Made by a program: the position numbers and the translations under genes. From Amphiscolops sp. MND2022 (Eukaryota), in contig OZ076410.1 in assembly GCA_964187785.1 (NCBI GenBank), positions 30,566,001 to 30,630,000 on the forward strand: DNA of 64,000 nucleotides, written 5' to 3'. Each line of letters opens with the position of its first letter. Position 1 is the stretch's first letter. A model generated the notes under the pieces. It did no database searches, was not told the origin of the DNA, and saw only the letters and a program-made list of their open reading frames with translations. Below are positions 1 to 10,761 of this stretch, in pieces.

Positions 1-59
1 TGAAAATAGCACTTGATTCAAAAAAAATAAACGAGGCATGTATCAGGAGAAAGGCAGCA

Positions 60-1142
60 ATGCCAAACATGGAAGAATTGATCAGCAAAATATCGGCAGA
101 AATCACTAATAGCAATGGGGAAATTTGGATGTCAAAGATTGATTTGGATTATGCTTATGGGCAGGCAAAACTATCCAAAGAAGCAGCAAAACAATGTGTG
201 TTCTCGATAATCGGAGGCAGTTTTACTGGCCATTACCGATTCAAGAAGGGTTTTTACGGGCTGTCGGATATTCCAACCGTAGTTCAAGAAAACATCGACA
301 AGGTGCTGGAATTTAAAACACCAGTCTGGCTGGATGACATTATCTGTGTAACTAACGGAACAATCGACGAACACGAACGGGACTCAACAAATTACAAAAT
401 GCCGGTTACAGGGCAAGTGAAAAGAAAACTGAACTTCTTAAACAAGAACTACCTTGGTTGGGCTAACACATAAACCAAAACGGAGTAAAGCCGATAAAAG
501 ACAAGACAGAAGCAATAACAAAACTGAGTGCCCAAAAAATGCCGAATAACTCAAACCCTTCTTGGGTTCAATACAACATTTGTCAAAATTCATAAACAAC
601 TTATCCAAAAAAACCGACAGAATGAGAAAGCTGTTAACGAAAGAATCTCGTTGGGAGTGGACACCCGAAATAGATGAAGATTTCGCGAATTTGAAGAAAG
701 AGTTAACAACAGAATCACCATGTCTTGCCCACTTCGACCCAAAGAAGGACAACTATGTGACGACAGACGCTTGTAATACGGGGCTCGGGGCAAAACTCTG
801 GCAAAAAGAAGGAGAAATATTCAGACCAATCGCATTCGCTAGTAGATTCCTCACTGATTGTGAGAAGAAATACGCTATTAATGAACTAGAATTGCAAGGA
901 GCGTTATGGAGGTTAGAAAATTGCAGATATTACGTTTACGGAAAAAGGTCAATCTATTAACCGATCATCAAGCACTTCAACCGTTGTTAAAAAGAAATAG
1001 GGTGCACAAGCAAAACAGGGCTACGTTAACACGGTGGTTAGATAGACTGAGCCATTTCGATGTAAACGCTCAATATACTGCCGCAAAAAAACATTCCGCT
1101 GACGGATTACTTAAGCCGACATCCGATCGTAAACAGCGCTGA
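60..1142 (+). pseudogene. pol: Gypsy reverse transcriptase and RNase H fragments (frameshifted)
   Basis: ORF 60-473: SKIDLDYAYGQ, FGL-like FYGLSDIP, VWLDDII (catalytic DD). ORF 562-960: VTTDACNTGLGA, PIAFASRFL, YAINELE. ORF 906-1142: LLTDHQAL, RWLDRLSHFD. Confidence 0.92.
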
Positions 1143-1615
1143 GAACGAAACCGAGAATTACGTGAGCGGTCAAATCCGAAGAAGAATTCGTGATAATACA
1201 AATACATGGCTTATTCGATTTTATTCAAACGAACGGAAGCATAAAGAAATTCACAGAACGAACCAAACCGAAACAAAGAAGTGACCAATGACAACATGGC
1301 ATACGCAAGCGTGAACAGAATAAACAAAATCACTTGCTTGAAACCTCATTACCATCGAACGGTGTTAATCCAACTTTGAAACTTTCAAATCTCAATCAAT
1401 CCGCATCCGAAGTCAAAATTGATAAAGTCAACAGCATTGATATGCGTTTTCTTTACAAAAAGAGTGGTCATTCACCAGAAACTTTTCGACTCTGGAACGA
1501 ACGGAAAAGACTCTTGAAGCCGGAAAAGACACTTGAAGCCGGAAAAGACTAGAATAGTCGGAAAAGGAAGCGATCATGAAAGACTGCAAGAATACCGGCC
1601 CCCACAGCAAGCATA

Positions 1616-3752
1616 GTGGAATTAAATATACAGATGTATAACCGCTTTTTCCACTATTGCGAAACCCTGGGAACAACGCCGTTGAAAGAATATCAGCAAA
1701 ACAACCACAAATCCTGGGTTGTACAAAACTTACCCGACAACGAGAGCCAAGTGAGCAACATAAGACAAGAAAAGTACCCAACAAATGCTATAAACAAATT
1801 CCGCAAGCACGAAACCGTCAATTTGATTCGACTAAAGCAGACGGTCAAAACAAATACAACGGACGATGAGCATAATGAAAACACAGAAGAAACAATTAAA
1901 AAAGCGGCGAAAGATTTTGCTCTCGACCTACCGATGCTTGTGGACGAGACGGCCAGAGACGTAAAGATACTCAGTGCCATTGCTGCCTTCGAAAAGGACC
2001 AACCCGAAGACATATTCTACCCGTACCGCCCACACACAAGTCGTTTAACTACGAGATTTGGCCTCATGTTCTACAACGACAAGATCGTCATACCAGAAGC
2101 CATGCGAACAACAATCATCGCCATGCTCCATCAAGGACAACCCTACGCAGTTATGATGGACCAATTAGTGGCAGCGTTCTGGTGGCCCGGTATTTACCAA
2201 GAAAGACGGGAGAAAGCGGAAAATTGCCCCAGCTGGAGAGCCTCAGGTAAGAAACTGGTAACACAATTACCGTCCACGGAGAAAAACAAGCTAGAAATTT
2301 TATCTGAACCGAACCAAGAAATCCAATTGGACTTCGCTGGTCCAATAAAATCAAAGACTTGCGGCGACGTATATATTTTGGTAGCCGTCGACCGATTTAG
2401 TAAATGGCCAACAGCACAAATTTGTAGAAATACCGATTAACGGACAGTTTTAAAATTTTTAACGAATTATTGCTCAGACAACGGAACACCGCGGAGTATA
2501 GTATACCCACCGACAACGGTAGTTGTTTTAAAAGTATCGAATTCAAGGAATTTTGTAACCGTGAAAACATAAAACGCATTAGATGCACACCGAATTTACA
2601 CACCGGAACCGGCCAAGTGGAAAGAACTATTCGGACAATTAAGTCGCTCACTAGAGCAAATATGGCAGACGGTTTAATATTTGAAGAAAATGTTAATTTA
2701 GCGATTAAAACAATCAGACAAACTCCGCACAGTAAATTAAACATGACGCCATTCCAGATGCATTTCGGACGAAAGCATCGCACAGCGATAACTAATCTAA
2801 TCCGACAACCTGAATGTCTCTTGTCTAATTGGAAAAATTATATTGGAAAAAAATCTCACTGACCAATTATATTTCAGCACAACCAACGGAGCTTCAGATG
2901 TTTACCATGTACGATTCTGAAGGAGAAATGGCGGATTATATCGTCCCCAACGATTCCAAGAAAAGAACTAGATCGGTAAGCCAGGAATTTGAACAGTTTC
3001 AATTTTTCTAAAAGGAAAACAAACCAAATGCTTTGAAATGTAGATTCAAAACCAATAAACCGCTAACAGCGGTAAAAGAAACTAAACATACCATAACCAC
3101 ATCTGAAGGGAGAATAATACATAAAAACCTAGCGTCAAAAGCAATAAAGTTTCAGCTCTCAAGAAAATCGGAAGAAAGACGAAAGCCAACCAACCGATGT
3201 AGCAGATGTGGAAAATTCTGTCAGGGAGAGTACTGCGACACTCACAAACGGGTATACGGAATCCCAAAAGTTCCACAACAGCCATCCAGTAGCCACACTC
3301 TACCGAAAAGGCCGCAGAAAAGATCATTTTTTGGCGATATCCTCGAAACTAATGAGGAAATAGACATTTCAAAATCACAAACCGACACACTGGCGGACGA
3401 AATCCAGAAAGTTCAAAGCCCCGGCGTAGAGAAAATACCATCGGAGGAAGACAACACGCCTGAAACAAATACGCCGTTGCCTGCCACACCAATCCAGTGC
3501 AGTACCAGCCACGGTCCGTGTCCGTCCCAGAAGGCAGATGAACCACCGACCACGCCGATACGCGCAACCGTTACTGCCGAAGGGCCGCCGGAAACGGGAG
3601 TAACAAAGAAAGATAAAGGTAAAATCGAAACTAAAGAGATAAACTTAAAAAACAGTAAAGTAACATTTGAATAACCAACTGATCTTCGCAGATCAGGTAG
3701 GATAAGGGGCGGTAGGCGAACCGAGAAATTCGGAGGGGTAGAGTATTTTTAA
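1616..3752 (+). pseudogene. pol: Gypsy integrase (zinc-binding region and DDE core) plus low-complexity C-terminal tail, fragmented
   Basis: IVIPEAMRTTIIAMLH..FWWPG; IQLDFAGP, LVAVDRFSKWP; TDNGSCF, GQVERTIRTIK. The tail reads in another frame to ...RRTEKFGGVEYF* (TAA 3750-3752). Confidence 0.88.
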
Positions 3753-3898
3753 CTTTTGTAGTCATTTAGGAACCATATCGAGCCCACTTCGAAGATTCCT
3801 GGAAACACCATTCCCGAAGCAAAAGAAAGACGCCCCACAACAAGCAGGCCACACCTCCAAGGGACCCTCTGGAAGTCAGTACTGGTTTCCCTCACTGC

Positions 3899-3909
3899 AA
3901 GAGGGGGAA
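3899..3909 (+). promoter_or_regulatory. Putative polypurine tract of Gypsy A
   Basis: AAGAGGGGGAA about 150 bp after the pol stop; position fits a PPT. The downstream LTR start is not clean. Confidence 0.45.
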
Positions 3910-4068
3910 TAAAACGAAGATGTCATTCACATGACTATTAAGTTCGAAGTACCTGCCTATAGAATCATCTTTACTATAGAACAATTAATGCCGGTGCTAG
4001 ATAGCTTTCATTTGATCTCTTAGCATACATACTTTTGAAACACATTGTTGTGAGATTTCAGTTTTAAC

Positions 4069-4971
4069 AGATTTCTTTAAGTGGGGAGGCATTTTTGCGT
4101 ACAGAAGGCTTTCGATCATTTGTGGCGCTGCTTCCCCAAATGCTTTTTCTGCACTCTCTTGTAAGTCTTCAAGAAAGTCAGGTAGCGTCTGGTTTTCAGG
4201 TTGGAACATAAGTTTGTTGAATCAATGTTTGGCTGAAGCACTAGATTCAGGCTTGACATACTTTCTGCGGAAGACTACCAAGATGTCTTCGAGTGTTGTT
4301 GTGGGTGTTCGTTGTATATTTTTGAATGTTTTCAGGGCTAGCCCTCTGGGGTGGGCGTGAAAGTGGTTTATTTTCATTTCTTCTGTGAGATGTGGTTGCA
4401 TTTTAAGTGTTGTGTGGAAAAGATCTTCAAAGTATTCGAACTTTTCCTTTTTTCTAGTTTACCATTGAAGGTAAGTGTATTTTTCGGGTGGAAGATTGAG
4501 GGTTCTTGGTTTTTGTGTGCTAGTTTTTCGATTGCCAAAGCAATTTGGCTAACAGGATCTGATGATTGAGGGTGTTCAAAGAGAGTTTCTGCGTGTGGTC
4601 CGACTGGGTTTGTTCTGTTGGAATTAGTGGAATTTTGTCTCAGGATGTTCTTGGTAGGTCCGGTCACCATGTGATGATCGGCATTTTCCTGTCTGTTTTC
4701 GTTTATTATTATGGTTTCATCTAGAGTCTCATTTACAATTCCAATCGGAGTATATGGTTGCCTTAATTCACTCATTTCAGACGTGTAAAACCGATCATCT
4801 TGATCTCTTTCTATTGTCATGTTTGATGCGTGTTTACTCCTGAGACCTTTGGGTTTTGGGTTAGAAGGACCAGGTTGTCTACCCTCAACATCCTCTTCAT
4901 CAGTTGTTATGTTATGGTTTTTGTTTGCTCTGATTTCTTTAAGTATTTCTTCAAATTTACTATTCAGATGA
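4069..4971 (-). mobile_element. gag: Partial second copy of the Gypsy B 5' region (LTR end, PBS, gag start)
   Basis: About 0.9 kb direct repeat of 21363-22268 with scattered substitutions. Encodes the same peptides (MFQPENQ.LPDFLEDL.ESAEKA; RQENADHHMVTGPTKNIL). Confidence 0.9.
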
Positions 4972-5605
4972 CTAATTTATCAGGGTATATACAGGTAATA
5001 GCATCACTAAAATTCTCAATTTTAAATAAACAATTATCAGTTTTGAGAATCTCCTTGCCGCCGTCTTTCATGTTTCTTTTACTATCTTTCCATTTTTTGG
5101 GTGACTAATTTTAATTACTCACAATCAAAATAAGTTGATTACTCACAATCAAAATAGGTTAATAATCACCATTAATTCATTCAGGTTTATCATGAGAAAG
5201 TTTTCACACCTTACTAAATGAGTCACTTCTTTCAAAGTGTGAATCTATACTCGTGTATTAATCAATGTATAACATTTTGGAACTGCAGTATTAGTAGTGA
5301 TTTACATCACAGAATACATCATACTTCCTCACAATTCTAATTGCTAGCAATATTAGTACATCATACTGTTTTGTATTCATTTCCGCATAACAACTTTATG
5401 CTGTTATTTCGAGTTTGCAGCATAACAGTGTGGATCATTTATATTTCTCATCCAGTCCCTGCTTGAGCTGATTATGCTGTTTCTCTCACATTTCCGCATA
5501 ACAGAATCTCTACACTGTACTTCTCGTTTGATTACCGTGTATTTAAAACGTGCTTACGTAACTTGGTCATACTGGCAGATATGGCCGAGCTCAGCACATT
5601 TTCGA

Positions 5606-5651
5606 CCAATCAGATTAGAGCTGATTTGTGAACGTCAAAGTTGTGACGTCA
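5606..5651 (+). promoter_or_regulatory. Candidate promoter elements: CCAAT box and CRE palindrome
   Basis: CCAAT at 5606-5610 and perfect TGACGTCA at 5644-5651, about 300 bp upstream of the ATG at 5953. Confidence 0.35.
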
Positions 5652-5952
5652 ATTATTTGCTTTATCGCCTTTCCTTTGAACGCCACGCCTTCATTGCTGT
5701 CTTCTTGTTTATGTATTAGTCAATCATTTCACGTTCCGTAAATTGTACTACGTTTTCCATTCTTATTTTCCTCTCTTTCACCCGTTTTCCGTACAAATTA
5801 CAATTTCAGCAGAAGACCATTTGGTACTTTCTGATCATTTATCTGACTCTAATAGTTCGATTTGCCTTCTCGTCACTTTTGAGGATAGTGATTTGTTTTG
5901 CTGCTCCGTGCGATCATTTATCCGAGTTTGGTATCTTATTTACAAATCCTCC

Positions 5953-8900
5953 ATGGAGCCCAGCCAGGAAGAGACGCGTAGACAAGGGGAGGAAGTCGAT
6001 GTGCCAACACAAGGTTCGTATTTTAGAACATTTTCGACAACACTTCACTGACGAAATTGTTTTTGATTTGTTCATCAGCAGCTCAACCATAGGTTTTATT
6101 CAATCCGAACTGATTAAGGAGCTGAACAGATTTCAATTTCACCGCTTTTGCAGATCCATTTTCGGGTTTCCTGTTTCAAACGGCGAACAGACTTTTTCGA
6201 GTACTCTTAGTTTAAAGCGAGGAGTGATCAGGTCCTCACATATTTTGATCAGACAACTTCCAATTCTGGTCGATTTCGGTTTCCTGTATTTCGGTTTCAT
6301 TTCTGTTTTAGCTTCTCACGATCTCCACGTACTTGCTGAACATCAATTCCCGATACAAAACTTGGTACCTTTAGAGGCATTCAGTAATCCTGCTCATCAG
6401 TCCACCCCAAATCGCGACGCTGTTGACCGCGACGAGTCAGGACGAATTGACCTTGACGGGATTTTACACTCTTTTGATAAGAGTAATATCTCCCTGGGGA
6501 ACACTAGCCACCCACCAGTCACAATGGCTACCTTCCAAATTCCCCAGGAAGGTGATACAGTCGACATAACCGGAGATGGTTTGAGTGGAGAGGACGCCCA
6601 CCAAACTACCACCATTGATGACGTTAACAATTCCGTCCCAGAGTCACAATCAGCTAACGTTAATGTTCCAACCGAAGAAAGGTCTGGTCTTTTTCCCTTC
6701 TCCATGTACTTGAATCTCGCTCAAACACCTGCTCTCGATGTGCAAACTCAGTCGGTTGACAAGGAAGACTCATGCCATACTCTTCCTAATACCTCGGCTG
6801 CCCCAAATTATGTGACAAATTCTGATCTAGAAGCCCTCGAACGACGCTTTCAAGTCATGGTCTCTGAAGCAACGGCGTCTTTTAGTTCTCAGCTTCACTG
6901 ACTCACTCCGCCTCCTGCTTGTGAACCGGCACAACCTGTCACCACCTCGATGAGAACAGGGGTTCCTAGGCATTCGACTGTTGCTGGGGTAACCGGAGCT
7001 CGAGAAAAGCGGAATCCTGCAACCCGCGGGATACGGCAACGAGAGAGGAGTTCCCCCTGTGACCCGGGATCTTGCGTCCGAGGAGTTCACATATCCTAAT
7101 CAGCCTGGAACCTCAAAACGACCCAAACCTCGACTCCATTTGAATGTACAAATGTTCAGGAAACATCCCATCTTCATTTTTTTGTCACTGCTCCAATAGA
7201 CTCACAGAACAAACCTCATAAATGGAGATGTAGGGTATGCCAAGTCGAGTTATCCTTGAAGACTAAAGGAGCACTTGAAATCCTATCGCATTACAGGACT
7301 GAGGCCCACCTGATCCGAGAGCACCGGATTAGAATGGAAACTCCCGGATTACCCTTATTTGGGAAGAATGAACAGGAGTTGGGGTTCAGGAGTTGAACAG
7401 AATTGGGCTCGCTCTCGATGAGACACGGGAGAAAGCAGAATCGGAGTTCCCCATTGCCCCCACCTTAGGGGAATGCTATTTAGGACACCGTGAACTACCT
7501 GCCGACATTGATGCACCAGATCCTTCCTCCGTTATCTGTTCGCAGATTCGTGTCTTGTTCATCGGATTACAGCATGGAGGCATTTTAGAATCTTTGTCTT
7601 CCCTTTGGAGCAACCTTGGCCTGGAGGCTCGTGGACCCGTTAGTATTCCTCAGTTCGATTGGAGTCAAGAGCGCATTTTCGTGAGTCTCATTTTTGTGAT
7701 TATTTTGGATGTTCAATGTTTCGATGATTTTTTCTTGCTTTTGTTTACAGGGAATCTTTGTTTACATCTTCCGTGAGCTGTTACGATATTCAACTCGTTT
7801 CGTTAGCCAGTCTGTGTACTGTTCTTTGCAGTTACAATCCACAACTGATTCAACCAAGTTATTCTTGTCTTTCTGGGCAGGAAACGTCTATAATCATCTT
7901 CTTCTGGCTGAGATCGCCCCTAGCCTCCTGGCGGCAAAAAGAGTCCTCGAGATCACTGGCTGTTTCTTAGCTATACCAACTAAATCCCCTGTTATCTTTT
8001 CTTTACTTGGGTTTGATGCTCGTAGTGTAAAGACGCTGAATTCTGAATTGAATCAAATACCTCCTGCATGTGTTGTACCGACTTTCAATTATGGTGATCT
8101 GTACAAAGTCTTAGCAGGGCCAGCAGTAAAGATTCTCGACCGATACGATCTTCACAGTGTACTACAAATCCTCCTCATGAAACTTCGCACAGCAGTCGGT
8201 TCAACTTGGCTGAACAACCTTCCTGAAGTACGCCAAGTAAGTTCTTGTGTAGTTTGTCATCATTACTCATCCGTTGTTCCCGGTTCGTTTAATTTTTAGT
8301 CCTGATTTTTGACTATTCACTATGTCTGTCTTCTCCATACTGTTTTCAGAAAACTGCCTCACGCAGCATAATATGTAGGCCCGCATTTCAACACATATAC
8401 TGTGATCTCGTTTCTACATACAGTTTTTCATTTCATCCGGCATAAAATCATTCCTATAAGCCATTCTTCTTGTAAAATAGCAGGACTTCACTCTGCATGC
8501 TGTTTTCTTCTGAAAACTGCATAAAATCATTCCAATATGCTGTTTCTTTTCCAGAACAGCATAAATTCATTCGGTATGCTGTTTTCTTCTGAAAACTGCA
8601 TAAAATCATTCCAATATGCTGTTTCTTCTCCAGAACAGCATAAATTCATTCGGTATGCTGTTTGCTTCCGAAAACTGCATAAAATCATTCCAATATGCTG
8701 TTTCTTCTCCAGAACAGCATAAATTCATTCGGTTTGGCGTCATGCTGAACTTCACACAGCGTAATCGTTTTATATTGTTTTCTGCACTTTTCTGCATAGG
8801 GTTTTTCTTGTCATACTATTTCGTTCTGATTTCCGCATAATCCTCATAGGTTATACTGTATGCTGCGTTCCGTTCTATGCTGTGTTCAGAATTCGGCATG

Positions 8901-10512
8901 ACGCATCATAATTTTCAGTTTTCATCAGTACTAATCAAAGAACTGTCGTTTCAATTTATGCTTTATTCAGGCTGACCTCGAATTCGAGTATCGTCACGAA
9001 GAAATTGCAGCTATCCTCGGGCATCTGTCTTTGAACTGGTCATCTGTTGTTTCGCATTTACGATTTGCTGATAGACTCAAGGCTTTCAAGCATCATATGA
9101 AAGAGGTAATATTTATTTTATCTTTCTTTGACAATGAATTGTGTAAGCACTGTTTTTGAACGTCATTTTTCTTTTAGCCTAAAAGTCTTGATGAGACTAT
9201 ATACAAGGACAAGTCTTACCCAGCCAAGCTGTTTCTGATTCGCAATGTCCTTTTGCATTGTAAATTTTTCTTTCATTGGTATTTTTGATCTTTTTTGGTT
9301 TCCTTTGCTGATTTTGTTCGTGTTTAGATAACTCTGCTTCCAAGGATTTACACGGACTCTCGTCTGATAAATTCCGCGTCTTCAGTGCTTTTGCTACTTT
9401 CGTTTTTACACAGTTACAAGTGATTCTTCCAGATTCTTTCCTTGGCGAAATTTCCGATTGGGACCATTTCTTATCTATCGATCTAGCGTCTCCTGATCTT
9501 CCTTTAAAGACGGCTGCTGACTTCCTACGTAATCGAGACTTTTCAAATTTGGTAGCTGAGAGTGATCTTCCTACTCCGACTCACTTCGTTGAACAGGCAC
9601 TGTGTTTTTGTAAGAACATTTGCATGGCCTTTCTTAATCACAAGATTTGTAAGTCAAAGCTCGTTCGCGGGTGTTCTGTCTTTGACGAAGCCCTCATTCG
9701 ACATGGAGGAGAAGAAGACTACTCTCATGAGTCTGAATTACTCTGTGATTACCTTGTTGACAACAAGTGGATAGACAGCAACGTAAAACCCTTAGTGTGC
9801 AGTGAGTACCGATCTTTTCTTGCTCTATTCAGGTCAAATGCCACGGGTTGCGATGGTGATTGGATATGTTTTTTATCTGGTTACCATGAGATGCATTGCC
9901 GAAACAACCTGTTTTACGTCTTCAAGCTATGCTGTCTTAGTCTCTCTAATTCTTTTACAGTCCCGCCGCCTTTTACTGTTACTTTACCGAATTTGATTTC
10001 CGATGGAGACAATTTCAGGTCATCTATCCGAAGTATCCAGTCCTTTCTTGTCGGAATCCCCAATGTGTCTGGGTTATTCTCGAATCCACGCACCATCTCC
10101 CCAATCTTTACCTTGCTTGGAAAGTGAAGGAGGCTATTCAGTGATTCTGCTTTTTCAATTTGGGATGTTCTTCCATCATGTGCATCACGTCGTCGTCTTT
10201 TCACAAATAAACTGGAGTCTCGTTATACTTGTTCTATCTCAGAGGAGGAGACGCTGTGGACTTCGGTCATGGTCCGTCCCAAGGCTTCTGAACACAGAAT
10301 TCATCACATGGGAAGTTTGTGAAACCCACACCTTTCCCTACAAAAGCTAGCGGAACTGCACCATCCCAAAATTGAAGACTACTAGTCCCAACCTTTCAAC
10401 TCCAACCTTGTCTGTTTCGCGAGTTGATATTCCATTCTTGCCAAGTACTAGTTCTGATGGGTCTAAAAACCTCGTGGTGAAGAAGAAGAAGAAAAATTCT
10501 AGTAGCAAATGA
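5953..10512 (+). pseudogene. Multi-exon gene for a nuclear C2H2/BED-like zinc-finger protein, possibly hAT-transposase-related; frameshifts and premature stops; 5' exon structure uncertain
   Basis: GT-AG introns 7681-7750, 8237-8970, 9106-9177 and 9260-9327 join in frame (ERIF|GIFVY; EVRQ|ADLEF; HMKE|PKSL; LLH-Y|NSAS). Zinc finger WRCRVCQVELSLKTKGALEILSHYRTEAH starts at 7223. The C-terminus has an NLS-like KKKKK before TGA 10510-10512. Internal stops include 6899 and 10125. Confidence 0.7.
8497..8733. repeat. 79-bp tandem repeat x3, each unit made of two ~40-bp hairpin subunits, inside an intron
   Basis: GAAAACTGC recurs at 8512, 8591 and 8670. Subunits are AACAGCATA-11 nt-TATGCTGTT and a one-mismatch variant. 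Confidence 0.95.
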
Positions 10513-10761
10513 ATTTCTCATTAACATTTTCTGTTTTGTTGTACTCTTCTACTTTGTAGTATATCAATTTTGCTGGCTTTTACTTACATTCTGTTGTTTG
10601 TTCTTCATTTCAGTCTGTTTACTTCTGATCTGGAGTATTTATTCGCTCGTTTACGAAAAGAATAAGACTTTCAGCTTCGGTTGGGAGTGAGAGAAAAACG
10701 AAAAAGGAAAAATTAATGCAGCTGTCATTTAGTTGAAGTCTTTGAGTCTCTTGATCTGTTT

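Larger units (their letters stand above)
1..4068 (+). mobile_element. Ty3/Gypsy LTR retrotransposon A, decayed; 5' part outside the window, 3' LTR probably truncated
   Basis: Domain order RT - RNase H - integrase in frameshifted ORFs, which is Gypsy order. A purine tract AAGAGGGGGAA at 3899-3909 follows the pol end. Right boundary is set where homology to element B begins (4069). Confidence 0.88.

Noticed and set aside
8497-8733. CRISPR-like array of palindromic repeats
   Set aside because: No unique spacers (loops repeat with the units), eukaryotic intronic context and no cas genes.
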